Positions 1 to 13,003 of a DNA stretch of 64,000 bases are shown piece by piece. A program made the translations under genes and the position numbers. Location: NCBI RefSeq assembly GCF_001194135.2, contig NC_068993.1, positions 40,586,112-40,650,111 on the forward strand. Direction: 5' to 3'. This DNA is from Octopus bimaculoides (Eukaryota). The first letter of the stretch is position 1; each line of letters opens with the position of its first letter. Under the pieces are notes generated by a model. That model was not told the origin of the DNA, did not search any database, and was given only the letters and a program-made list of their open reading frames with translations.

Positions 1-314
1 CTGTGGTTTGCTGTGATGCTCTTATGGTTACTGTATTGAAAGTGTTTTGCATAGGATGTGTGCAGTGCCCAGTAGTGCAACTTTCTGTATGTTATATATA
101 TTTGTAAGTCCTGGTGTTTTTGTTATGTATTTGTCTGAATATTTTTTTTATTATACCTAAGGCACCTACTATGATAGGAATTGTTTCTGTTTTTAGATCC
201 CACATTTGAGTTACCTCTATTTCCAGGTCTTTGTATTTTGAAAGTTTTTCCATTTCTTTTAGGAAAACTTCATCTGCTGGTATTGATACATCAATTAGAA
301 AGCATTTTTTCCCT

Positions 315-316
<2 letters not shown>
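1..316 (-). mobile_element. 5'-truncated R4/Dong-clade LINE 3' end (restriction-like endonuclease C-terminus, frameshifted)
   Basis: Minus strand reads KKCFLIDVSIPADEVFLKEMEKLSKYKDLEIEVTQMWDLKTETIPIIVGALG, then after a frameshift PGLTNIYNIQKVALLGTAHILCKTLSIQ* (stop at 28-30). This is the typical RLE-LINE tail. The 5' junction abuts a (TAA)n run. Confidence 0.8.
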
Positions 317-376
<60 letters not shown>

Positions 377-377
377 G

Positions 378-590
378 CACTGAGCTGGGGCAATCATTAG
401 CATACTACATAAAATGCTTAGCGACATTTCCTCATTCAGAGTTCAAATCCTGCAATGATTGGCTTTGGCTTTCATCATTTTGGGGGCTGTTAAATTAAAG
501 TACCAGTCAAGTACTGGAGTTGAGGCAATCAACTTCACTCCTTCTCAAAACTAGTGGCTGATGTAAAATAATTGCAACAAATATTTATTA
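378..590 (+). mobile_element. SINE family B copy (tRNA-derived head, (ATT)n tail)
   Basis: gagctgg..attagca..aaatgcttag, box B gagttcaaat, central ctttcatc..ggg..taaa..aagtaccag. Further copies at about 8702-8916(-), 12579-12792(+), 27105-27305(-), 33205-33385(+), 38200-38400(+), 40470-40682(-), 41480-41610(-), 47545-47758(-), 55380-55520(+), 60270-60360(+). Confidence 0.8.
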
Positions 591-1528
591 TTATTAGTAT
601 TGATATCATCATCATTATTGTTGTTATTATCATCACCATGGTGATGATGATGACAATGATAATGGCGATGACAATGATGATACTAATAATAACAATGCCA
701 TTATCACCACTGTCACCATTGTCATTGTTACTGTCATCCTGATTGCCGTTTCGTCATCACCCTCGCTACCATCATCATGATCATCATCATTGATTGAGCA
801 AAAAGAAAGAAATATCACAAAAATATATAGAGAGTAATATTTTTATATATTTAGTGGATTCATAATGTAAAGCTAACAAAACTGGTAACAGAATCATTAA
901 ATAAATGAATAAATAAATTCATTAATAAATAAACGAAACCATGATAATAAATAGTGTGAAATTATTCAGTCCTGTGAAATAATTCTTGTTCGACATCAAG
1001 CAAAAAAGAAGGAGACGACAGTATTAATATAATGACAGAATTGGTCTATTAGTGAAACTTCTGCCACTAAGCTCATTATGTTCGATCACAGAAAAAATAT
1101 CGCATGTCCCGTATAATTGCCCTATAATTTTTAATGACACTTTCCAAAAAATTGAATTCACTGTTTTTTTAACTTGTTACAATCTGATCTTTTTAATGTA
1201 TTTATATCTTAGTCTCAGCTCAGCATTATTTTCTTCTTTCTTTCTGTTTTTATCATTTTTTTAATATATTTTGATCATTCTTACTTTCAATAATGATATG
1301 TCATCATCTTTTACTTTTTATGTTTTTTGTTTAAATTTGTTTATTTTTCTTAATTGTAATTAATTCAGTATTAAATCTAATTTATATTTTGTTTTCGAAA
1401 TTTCAACAGTTTGTGCTGTATCCGGAATAATCTTTAATAAATCTGCTCTAAGTTGACATGCTGTTGCTGTCATTTTAATTCCCCTTATTGTATTAACATA
1501 TTTTAACTTGATAATATATTATTATATA

Positions 1529-1602
1529 GGCATAGCTGTGTGGTAAGCGGCTTGCTTCTCAACCATATGTCCTTGGGTTCAGTCCCCCTGTGTGACACCT
1601 TG

Positions 1603-1646
<44 letters not shown>

Positions 1647-1856
1647 TTTGTGTCTGCGTTTGTCCCTCCACCATTGCTTGACAATCGATGTTAGTACGTT
1701 TACATCTTCGTAACTTAGCGGTTTGGACAAAGAAACGGATGGAATAAGTGCTAGGCTTACTAGGAATAAGTCCTAGGTGCGATTTGTTTGACTAAATTGG
1801 GTGCTCCAGCATGGCTACAGTTAAATAACTGAAACGAAACAAATAGAAGAATAAAA

Positions 1857-1858
<2 letters not shown>
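1529..1858 (+). mobile_element. SINE family A copy, internally deleted, with internal (TA)n
   Basis: Aligns by eye to 27398-27793. Other copies at about 2823-3003(-), 5785-6150(+), 9565-9690(+), 9728-10005(-), 25835-25975(+), 26520-26740(+), 30975-31110(-), 48338-48780(+), 49322-49750(+), 49805-50040(+), 55975-56320(-). Confidence 0.8.
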
Positions 1859-1896
<38 letters not shown>

Positions 1897-1941
1897 GTGT
1901 GTGTATGTGTGTATATGTCTGTGTATATATGTGTATGTCTG

Positions 1942-1972
<31 letters not shown>

Positions 1973-2015
1973 GTGTATATATGTATGTATATATGTATAT
2001 ATATTTATATATGTA

Positions 2016-2055
<40 letters not shown>

Positions 2056-3371
2056 AGTTATAGATGCTAGTTATGTTATATTAATATATTAATATTTTCA
2101 CATACATACATGTAATGCACATATACATACATACATTTACCCTGGAACTCCTGGATGTTGATCCAATGATGAATGTAAAGGATCGCTTATGACACCTAGT
2201 GGCCATAAGTGGTGAATGGCCTCCATGGATGCATGACTGGGGACTTACCCCAAAACTAGATTTTGATTTTGCATTTCACGCATAATTTCAAAACCTTAAT
2301 TCTTTAACTTTAAATTTGACTGATGTTATATTAAATGATGATACACATATATACAAATATTGTTGATGTCATAAGAATTTTATAAGCTTTCAGAGAATGT
2401 GAAATAATTTGTGTTTTGGTATAATGATTCTTGAAGGACATCACATACATCTATGAAGAAAAGTGTAGAAATAACGGGCAAAATTTGAGTTTTCGTATGA
2501 ACGAGGGTTTTTCAACCCAATATTTTCACGTTATTCTTTATATCTGAATGTGATATGCTTCAAGAGTAAGTATTCACTAAATGAGTTTATATATACCTAT
2601 CATAAGCGTGTGCATGTGTGCGTGGTTATGTTTATTCATCTATCTATCTATCTATCTATCTATCTATTTATATAACTATATCTATATAGATATATACACA
2701 ACCAGTTGTTTCATGTAAAGGGATCTTCACAATTATTTAAGCATGTCACATGAAAGCATTAGTACTTGTCTCTATTTCAGTTGGAAATACTAGTGTATAT
2801 AAATGTGTGGTGTGCATTTGTGTACAGGATGCCTTCGTCTAATTTCTATCTACCAAATTCACTCACAAAAGGGTTTTGGCGTCTTTGGGGCAACAGTAGG
2901 AGATATTTTTCTAAGGTGCCATGCAGTGGGACTGAAACTGAAACCTGAAACTTAAAACAAAGTGGTTGCTATGTGAACTTCTTAGCTACATGGCTGGCTT
3001 GCACATTTATGCTATCAATATTGTACCTCGTACATAAATAATGAAGTGTTGTGGGTCTTTGTGCGAAAGAAAACGAAAACGGAGGTTAAGAATATAATTG
3101 AAATCAATTAATGCTAAGATATTCAACTATAATTTGCTGCTGTTTGAGTGTTCATGAATCATAGTCAAGTGAGAATGATATCGGTGGACCTGTTTAGGTT
3201 TTGCAAAGAGTTCTTGATATATTTTGAAATCTTTGGTGGGAGAATTTTGCTGCCCCTCCACCTAAACAAAATTAAACAAAACAAAAACTAAAAGATACAG
3301 CAGTAATTATAAAATAATAGTAATTCTATCTCTCTGTCTATCTCTCTCTGTGTCTATCTATGTATCTGCTG

Positions 3372-3427
<56 letters not shown>

Positions 3428-3638
3428 NNNNNNNNNNNNNNNNNNNNNNNNNNNNNNNNNNNNNNNNNNNNNNNNNNNNNNNNNNNNNNNNNNNNNNNNN
3501 NNNNNNNNNNNNNNNNNNNNNNNNNNNNNNNNNNNNNNNNNNNNNNNNNNNNNNNNNNNNNNNNNNNNNNNNNNNNNNNNNNNNNNNNNNNNNNNNNNNN
3601 NNNNNNNNNNNNNNNNNNNNNNNNNNNNNNNNNNNNNN

Positions 3639-3679
<41 letters not shown>

Positions 3680-3734
3680 ATATAAATAGATATATAGGTA
3701 TATATATAAATATGTATATGTATGTATATAAAGA

Positions 3735-3785
<51 letters not shown>

Positions 3786-4554
3786 ACAAACGCACAGATT
3801 TATTTACTAATTCCTTCATAAATCTAAGAGTTTATATATGTAAGTATATAAGTATATATACATATATATATATGTAAGTATATAAATATATATATATATA
3901 TGTATGCATGTAAATATATATTATGTGTGTGTGTGTGTGTGTGTGTAAAGATATGTGCTTTCATGTATGTACGTATACATATATGTAATAAAGAATGATG
4001 ATGATGTAGACATACATGTGTGTGTGTCTGCATATATATTTATGGAGTATATATATGTGTGTATAATCATTTATTTATTAATTCCTTCATAAATCTAAGA
4101 ATTCAGTCATATCAATGTATATGCAGTTTTGTCTATTTATTTACATGTATTTGATTGCAAGTTTTTTTATTTTGTTTTTCCGTTTTTTTTTTTTTCATTA
4201 ATTTTGATTTTTGGTATTTGCATCTTGGTTAGTTTTGTTTCAGTCTTCTTTCCTGTCTTTAATTTTTGATGAAGCGTTTATTATTCGCTTTCATTTTTTA
4301 TTTTTTTTATTTTGCATTTTTTTTTTTTGCATTCTTTTTTTTTAACCAAGAAACGATGCTCTTCTTAACTGTGATACTAATTCTCTGCTTCAACTATTTG
4401 TCTTATCACATTGAATTAAACATCAATTATGAATGCACCCTATTCCCACTCTTCGTTTACTTATTTATTTTTTGTTCGTTTCCCATAATTCTCCCACAAC
4501 CACTACCGCTAATTCCATCATCACTATCGTCATTGCACAAAATACAGAACAGAC

Positions 4555-4954
4555 TCTCTCTCTCTCTCTCTCTCCCTTGCTCTCCCTCCCTCGCTCTCCC
4601 TCCCTCGCTCTCCCTTCCTTGCTCTCTTTTTCTCACTCTCTCCCTTTCTGTCTTTCTCATCTCCTCTCTCCTTCCCTCTCTCTCTCTCTCCTTCCCTCTC
4701 TCTCTCTCTCCTTCCCTCTCTCTCTCTCTCCTTCCCTCTCTCTCTCNNNNNNNNNNNNNNNNNNNNNNNNNNNNNNNNNNNNNNNNNNNNNNNNNNNNNN
4801 NNNNNNNNNNNNNNNNNNNNNNNNNNNNNNNNNNNNNNNNNNNNNNNNNNNNNNNNNNNNNNNNNNNNNNNNNNNNNNNNNNNNNNNNNNNNNNNNNNNN
4901 NNNNNNNNNNNNNNNNNNNNNNNNNNNNNNNNNNNNNNNNNNNNNNNNNNNNTC

Positions 4955-4985
<31 letters not shown>

Positions 4986-5269
4986 CTCTCTTTCCCTCTC
5001 TCTCTCTCTCTTTCCCTCTCTCTCTTTCCCTCTCTCTCTCTTTCTCCCCTTTATCTCTCATCTATTTTTCTCACACTTTCTCTCTCTCTCTTTCTCTCTT
5101 TCTCTGTTTCTCATCTCATCTCTCTTTTCCTCTCTCTTTAGATCTCACCCTTTCTTTCTCCATCTCATTTCTTTCTCTTTTCCCGCTTTCTCTCATTTCT
5201 CTTTCTCTGATCTCTTTTCCTCTCATTTCTCTTTCTCTCTTCCTGTTTCTCTGTTTCTCTCATCCTGTT

Positions 5270-5322
<53 letters not shown>

Positions 5323-5350
5323 TCCTGTTTGTCTCTCTCTTCTCTTCTCT
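4555..5350. repeat. (CT)n-rich microsatellite mosaic, representative of dozens of (AT)n, (GT)n, (CT)n, (ATCT)n, (TAT)n, (CAT)n and (GTA/GTG)n tracts
   Basis: Direct reading. Other large tracts include 318-376 (TAT)n, 12793-12842 (ATT)n, 16780-17160, 22925-23180, 37345-37550 (GTR)n, 41715-42430 and 57000-57670. Confidence 0.95.
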
Positions 5351-5544
5351 TCCCACATCTTGCCCCAAATGGCTAGATTAAAGGAATAATATCAATTTTT
5401 GTTACAATCTCACCCCCATTTGTTTTCTTTTATTTGCTGTTTGGTATTTTCAAAGTATTTGCCAATATTATTGTAAAAAATAGAAATAACTGTTAACAAA
5501 TGTTTTGAAACTCTGATATTTTGAGGAATATAAAGCTACTCTCT

Positions 5545-5603
<59 letters not shown>

Positions 5604-6201
5604 TCACACACGTGCATGCATGCTATTGCCAGTATTGTAACATCTACACAGATTCACCTACTCAAATACACTCATACATCCAAAGAACACTTGCACAGAT
5701 ATGCACAGGTTCGTAGAATGCATGCATACTCGTGCAACACATGCACACATACAAGAAATGCACTTATGAACAGATATGTATATTGATAGGCAGCATGGTT
5801 AAAAAGCTTGTTTTGCGACCATGTGGTTTTGGGTTCAGTCCCACCTTGGGCAAGTGTCTCGTCTCCTTGCTATAGCCCCAAGCAGGCTGGCTAATGCCTT
5901 GTGACCGAATTTGGTAGACAGAAACTGTGTGTGTGTTTGTGTGTTTATTTATGCTCATCTAATTATGCTTGACAACTGGTGTTGGTTTGTTTTTGTCCCC
6001 ATAACTTAGCAGTTTGGCAAAAGTGACTGGTGGAATAAGGACTAGACTTTCAAATATATAAAGTATTGGTGTTGATTTGTTTGACTAAACTCTTCAAGGT
6101 AGTGCCCCAGCATGGCCACAGTCCAATGGCTGAAATGCATAAAAGCTAAATGACACAAACAGATACAGAAAATGCACTTTGAAGTATGAGATATGCACTG
6201 T

Positions 6202-6244
<43 letters not shown>

Positions 6245-7371
6245 ATTTACAATTAATGCACACTGCAGAATAAAAATTAACACAATTTTGAAAAATGAAG
6301 CAAAAACCCTGCATACGCACTTGTACACACACATGCATGCATCTAATGCACATCAAGAAAGAAAAAAAAATGAATGCATTTTGAAAAAAGAAGCAGAACA
6401 TTCGCTGCTCATTCACACACACACACACACACACTGACACGTACTTACGTATGTACGCACATACATGAATATACACACACATATATGCACACTGACAATA
6501 CATGTACACATATGCACTTTGAGAAACATCGCAGATTAGCTGACAATAAACTCATATACACACACACACACACACATACATACACACACACACACTTTCT
6601 TTCTTTCTCTCTCTCTATATCTCTCTCTCTCTCTCTCATACAGAACTACACACAACCCACATCAATTCCCTCAACGAAATAATTAAAAAAAAAAGCAAAA
6701 ACATTTGACAAGGTAAAAAGCAAGCGTAAAAAAAACCCCAAAAAAATGACACAAATGACAACAACAAAAATGCAAACTCTGGAGAGAAAATAAGGAAATA
6801 ATAACAACAGCAATGATGACAACAAAAGCAACAACAACAACAACAACAACAATAATAATAATAATAATGATAAATGTATTGCTAACCTTTGATTTATATT
6901 GATTTTCCAACTAAGAAATTTACTGTGTATTAAACCATGGAATTATTCCACATCAAAACTACTTTTACTGTGATATATACTCTCTTTAGGCTCGCTTTGA
7001 GTTTGTTTCATATTATTATTATTGTTATTATTATTATTATCATTATCATTATTGTTGTTATTATCACTGTTAATAATAATGATCTTTTGGTTTTGCTTTA
7101 ATTTATACAAGATGCACCCATGTGTCAACTAGAGACATCCAGGGGCTTATTGTAGTAGTAGTTGTAGTAGAGGGAGCTGGCTGAATTGTTAGCATGCAAA
7201 GCAAATTGCTTAGTAGTGCTTTGTCCATCTTTATGTTCTGAGTTCAAATTCCAACCAGGTTGTCGACCTCGGTGGAATTTAAACTCAAAATGTAAAGACA
7301 GACGAAATACCTCTATGCATTTTCCCCAGTATGCTAACAATTCCAGTAGCTTACTGCCTTAATAATAATAA

Positions 7372-7674
7372 TAATAATAATAATAATTTAATTCGTTTTT
7401 TGACCACAACGGCTTACATAAAATTACGTTAAAACACATACAACATAAAAGACAAAAACAGGACAATACAATGGGTTTTACAATGTGTAAACAATATATA
7501 TAGCAATTAAAAATTAATTCAAAACTCCCATTAGGGGAGGCACTTTAAGGACCTTGTGGAAAAACCCACACCTGCTGACCATCAAGGAAATGCTGGAGAT
7601 GCTGCAACCTCAGCTCATGTCTGCGCATCAGTAACCACGGCATGCCCAGCCCTCCATTCAGCAGATGGAGTGCC
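7372..7674 (-). mobile_element. Short internally deleted LINE remnant (post-RT GGLGxP region fused to a 3' UTR with (ATT)n tail), possibly Tx1/L1-like
   Basis: Minus strand reads LHLLNGGLGMPWLLMRRHELRLQHLQHFLDGQQVW, then a T-rich UTR ending ...aaacgaattaaattattatt. Both ends are embedded in TAA/ATT repeats. Confidence 0.45.
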
Positions 7675-7685
7675 TAATAATAATA

Positions 7686-8697
7686 ATGATGTCCTGATGT
7701 TAGTAGCTCTCATTGCTTCTGATCTTAACTGACTGGAAGTGTATGTTTGGTCTTGGTGTAAAAGTTGGGCTACAGCAAATATACTTCTCAATACTGTTGA
7801 TTTGCTTGTCTTTCACTTGACCTTAACCAGCTGACTATGTTACTTTGTAGCTGACATTATGTGCAGCTCTGATCAGAAGCAGGAGTAGTCAGGGAGCATC
7901 ATAGCCATATTCTGAGAAAGATTGTTTGGGATTTGAATAAAACGTTGGCGTTTTGTTCATCATCCTTTAAACAAAAGACTTTTCGAGTGAAATAGGCTAC
8001 TCAACCTAAAGAAAATTCTAACTAGGCCTAACCTGCAAGGTCATGCACTGTTTATCTTGATATGAGATCACCATGTCACACACATGGATGTGATACCTGT
8101 GCTTGGTGTACCCTTATTAGACTAGTATTAGATGGGTATATTGGTCTTTGCATAGCTGTACCTCAGTGTCATTTTGATGGCATGCATTGCTCTCTCACTC
8201 AATAATAATAATAATCATAGCCTTGATGCAGTACCAGGCAGTGGCTCCATGGCTTGGTATAAAAGAGGAGCTACAGCAAATATTCTGCTCAGTACCACAG
8301 ATTTACTGTCAGTTGTTTGACCTTAACCAGTTAAGCATGTCCTTAGTGGCTGACGATATGTGCATCTCTGATCATGAGCAGAAGTAATGCGGGAGCATCA
8401 TAGCCATGTGTTCAGAGGAATTTTGTGGGGTTTGAATCATTCACTTCTGGGAACGTGGGTATTCTGTTCATCGTCCTTAAAACAAATCTTATTTGGGGAC
8501 CTGTTGAGTGGAAAGGGTTACTCGACCTGAAGAGAATTCTAACTGGGCCCCACCTGCAAGGCCATGCTCTGTTTATCTTGATATAAGACCACCATGTCGC
8601 ACACAGGTAGTTGTGATGGGTATACTGGGCTTCCCATATTTTACCCCAGTGTCACTTTGATGGCATGCACTGCTCTCTCACTCAGTAATAATAATGA
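7686..8697 (+). repeat. Two diverged head-to-tail copies of a ~500-bp interspersed repeat with (AAT)n tails (7686-8218, 8219-8697)
   Basis: Shared blocks include gctacagcaaatat, ttgaccttaaccag, gggagcatcatagccat, ctactc.acct.aaga.aattctaact, cctgcaagg.catg..ctgtttatcttgatat and ttgatggcatgca.tgctctctcactca.taataataat. Confidence 0.85.
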
Positions 8698-9204
8698 TAG
8701 TCCCTTTTACTATAGGCACTAGGCCTGAAATTTTTTGGGTGGGGGCTAGTCAATTTCTGCAACCCCTATACTCCACTGGTACTTCTTTTATCAACCCCGA
8801 AAAGATGAAAGGCAAAGTTGACTTCGCAGAATTTGAACTCAGAATGTAAAACCAGAAGAAATGCTTCTAAATATTTTGCCCAGTGTGTTAATAATTCTGC
8901 CAGCTCACTACCTTATCGTAGTAATAATAATAATGATGATAATAGTAATAATAATAATAACAATAATGATAATAATAGTGATTTACTATATATTTTTTAA
9001 TAACAACAACAACAGCTCATAATGATCAATAATGGCAATAGAGGAATAGTATAAAACTAAATGCAAATTATAAATGAATGCTAAAATAATCAAATGAGAA
9101 TTGGAAGGGGAGAAATTCCTGTGAAAAACGGTTAAGTGGAAAGTTCTGAGGAGGAGAAAAAAAAAATACTTGAAAAGTCTTGTGTATAAGTGTTAAGTTG
9201 TGTT

Positions 9205-9259
<55 letters not shown>

Positions 9260-10419
9260 ATTTGTACACATGTATGTATGATTGGAGGCATATTATGATT
9301 GCGAATATTTGTTGGATAGATAGAGAGAGAGAGGGAAGGAGAAGGAGAATTATTTGGTTCAGTGATGTTGTTCTCTGATATTTTCATTTCTTCTTCTTCT
9401 TCTTCTTCTTCATTTCACCTGACTCCTGCTGTCACAAGCCTGTAAGATAATTGTTTCCTAAATTGGGTTTCTTTATTGCTGTTAAATTAATTCCTTTTAT
9501 TTATAATTTGTCTGTGCATGTATGCTTGTTTTTGGGTATGTGAGATAGATAGATAGACTATCTCAAAAGAGACCAATAGAATAAGTACTAGGCTTACAAA
9601 GAATAAGTCCTGGGGTCGATTTGCTCGACTAAAGGTGGTGCTCCAGCATGGTCGCAGTCAAATGACTGAAACAAGTAAAAGAGTAAAAGAGATGTTGGCT
9701 GACTGTTTTTTATTGCATTTTCTTTCTTTTGTTCTTTTATTTGTTTCAGTCATTTGATTGTGGCCAGGGACATAAACACACCAACATCGGTTGTCAAGTG
9801 ATGGTGTGGGAACAAACACAACACACACACACATATATACAACAGGCTTCTTTCAGTTTCCGTCTACCAAATCCACTCACATGGCTTTGGTCCGCCCAAG
9901 GCTGTAGTAAAAGACACTTGTCCAAGATACCACACAGTGGGACTGAACCCGGAACCATGTGGTTGGTAAGCAAGCTACTTACCACACAGCCACTCCTGCG
10001 CCTATGATCACTTTTACACTTAATTAAGGTCTATTCGTTTTAAACATGTGGGTGTATTTTAGGTAAATTCATTGTTCAGTTTCCTACAGTGTTCTTGTAG
10101 TCATGGCAATAACTGCCAATCTGTTTGATCAGAGTAGGAAATTAGTTTAAAAACTAAAAATTAGGATTTTGCATGGGTTCCATAAAATTAGGGTTTGCTA
10201 AGCAGCCTGTATTTCTTACTGTATGGTTGAGAAGCATTTTACCTACTTTAGAAGCTGCATAGTTGGAAAGAAATTCTTGAAGCATATTAAATTCTTATGC
10301 CTTGCAGAGAAGAGAATTCTAACATTTTAATTATAATCCCTCATTTGGGAAAGAATTTGAAAGAATTAGAAGCATATTTAGATGGTTGTAAACAATGCCA
10401 AATAACATCACTAGTCTCC

Positions 10420-11250
10420 TTAACCATTTTATTGCCATATCTCTTTTGAAATACACTGCTTTTGTTTCAAGTCATTTTGAAAATAATGAAGAATGTAATA
10501 AAACAACCCATGTCATTATGAAGCTGGTATGAAGAACATAGATTAACATAAAATTTTAATTCAGATCACTTTAACCCTTAAAAATCTAAGCCAGCCATAT
10601 CCAGCTGAAACATTCTACCAGATTTAGGTTCTCAAACCAGTCAGATCCGGCCTCTCACACCTATCCTACAATGCCGTTCTAAGAATAAACATCCATATCA
10701 TTGAAATCTCTTGGCCACAAGATTATTTCTTTTATCTTTTATTTATTGTTTCAGTCATTTGGCTCTGGCACCACCTTGGAGGGTTTTAATCTAATAAATC
10801 AACCCCAAGGTTTTTTTTTTAAGCCTGGGACTTATTCTGTTGATCGCTCTTTGCTGAACCACTAAATTACAGGGACGTAAACACACCAACGCCGGTTATC
10901 AAGTGTTGGAGGGGAACAAACACATGAAGACACCCATGCACACACACACATATATGTGTATACAACAGGCTTGTTTCAGTTTCTGTCTACCAACTCTACT
11001 CACAAGGCTTTCAAAGCAATTGTAGAAGGTACTTGCTTGCCCATGGTGTCACGCAGTGGGACTGAACCTGGAACCATATTGTTGGGAAGCAAGCTTCTTA
11101 CCACAATGCCATGCCTGCACCTATGATTGATTCAAAACAATGAATGAATACACATTACATTTGACAAAGTAATCTGAATGTTAAAGGGTCAAAACTTGAA
11201 CTTTGTATTATAGACCCAGGGACAGTCACAGGCTGGTTGGTATTGAAACC
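10420..11250. mobile_element. Nested TTAA MITEs: MITE-1 (10420-10574 plus ~11193-11250) interrupted by MITE-2 (10571-11192), itself interrupted by SINE A (~10735-11123, -)
   Basis: MITE-2 ends are TTAAccctta... and ...aatgttaaagggTCAA, and its body matches the reverse complement of 31246-31465. The MITE-1 halves match 61302-61510 and 47241-47455 in reverse. Confidence 0.7.
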
Positions 11251-12791
11251 ACCATAAACCAAGAACTAGAATCTCAATGCAAGACAACTTAGAAAGCAAA
11301 AGAACACAAGAAATAAACATGAAGCTTATGCATCCCATCTTCAGCTGCTTAATAGATGTGTGTGTGTGTGCATGTGTTATATGTGTATGTGTGTTATATA
11401 AGTGTGTGTGTGTATGTGTTGATATATGTTTAATGCACACTAACATGGAACAGAAGGGCCATAAAACAAGTAAACAAATAAATCCACATACATACATGCG
11501 TACACATACACATGTATACACACACGCACACACACACACACACATGTTTATGCCATATTCATTATAAATTCGCTTTCACGTAAACTTGTATTTACAAATC
11601 ACCAGCCTTACAACACTAACAGTTTATGGGAGTTGATTAGATGGTTAAATTTTTCAGTCTGCGTTAACAGAATAATTAACATACGCCACATTATATCTCT
11701 TTAGAAACGAACAATATTTTTGTTGTTTGTTGTTTTTTTCTTCCATAACCATTCAAAAATGAAACACACACACACACACACACACACACAGATAATATTT
11801 TGTTTTCTATATTCAACTTTTATTATACAAATATTTCAGAATTCTTTAATTTGAATTAATTTTGCTCTCTGTCATTTATTTATTTATTAATTTTATTTCA
11901 ATACTTTTATCAAATTTGTTTATTTATTTATTTGTCTATCTATTTAGCTTTGTGTTTGTTTCTTTTTGTTAGCTCTTGGTTTATTTTCCACTTTAACTAC
12001 TAAACCAAAGTGATAGTTTTCAAAAGAACCCCCCCCCCAAAAAAAAAAAACCAAATAAAGTTAGCATCTTAGAAAATGGTTAATTTTCTGGTTTATCTAT
12101 TTATTTATTTTCTTTTTACCATTAATGAAAGGAAGGAAGCACTTAGTTCTCATTAACTTATGACACAACAACAATCCATTTGATGATAACACACACTCAT
12201 TCCCATTTGTGTGTATGTATGCATGCTTGTTGGTGAGTCTGAATAGGCTTACTCTGAGTACAGTCTTCTAAGGAGGAAAGGAACGGGAAGAGGGCACTTC
12301 GATGTTTAGGAGCCAGCAGAGTGACCTTGAGCCTTTTGTGTGGGGCTTTCCTCAATTACCCTAGATGGACTGCCTACTATTGGGGATCTTATTCATTCAT
12401 TCATTTTTTTTTTCAAAATTTTATTTATATATCTTTTGTTATATCCTTATTGTTGTTGATTGCCTTTTAATCACTGTAAAAACCCCAGTTGTATGTGTTG
12501 TATTTTGTCGTATGATATTGTTGTCAATGTCTTGGACCTTTGTGGTTATTAAAAGAAACCCTCCTCCTCATTATTATTAAGGCAGCAAGCTGGCAAAACC
12601 ATTAGCATGATGGGGAAAATGCTTAGTGGCATTTCATCCTTCCTTATGTTCTGAGTTCAAATTTTGCCAAGGTCAACTTTGCCTTTCATCCTTTCAGGGT
12701 CAATAAATTAAGTACTTGTGAAACACTGGGGTCGATTTAATCTACTAGTCCCCTCCCCGCAAATTTCCAGTCTTGTGCCTTTAGTAGAAAG

Positions 12792-12844
<53 letters not shown>

Positions 12845-12847
12845 CTC

Positions 12848-13003
12848 TGAGTGGTTGGCGTTAGGAAGGGCATCCAGCTGTACAAACTCGGCCGAATCAG
12901 ATTGGAGCCTGGTGTAGCCATCTGGTTTCACCAGTCCTCAGTCAAATCGTCCAACCCATGCTAGCACGGAAAGCGGACGTTAAACGATGATGATGATGAT
13001 GAT
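12848..13003 (+). mobile_element. RTE LINE 3' UTR end with (GAT)n tail
   Basis: gagtggttggcgttaggaagggcatccagctgt...catgctagcacggaaagcggacgttaaacgatgatgat. Other copies at about 15245-15325, 23575-24020(-), 24770-24900, 24955-25065(-), 27965-28262(-), 30655-30870(-), 38660-39000(-), 39190-39400(-), 59607-59700, 60870-61040. Variant tails at 26830-27025 and 51195-51395. Confidence 0.8.

Noticed and set aside
3798-4100. Repeated ttccttcataaatctaaga at ~3811 and ~4082
   Set aside because: Small local duplication inside a microsatellite mosaic; no further structure.
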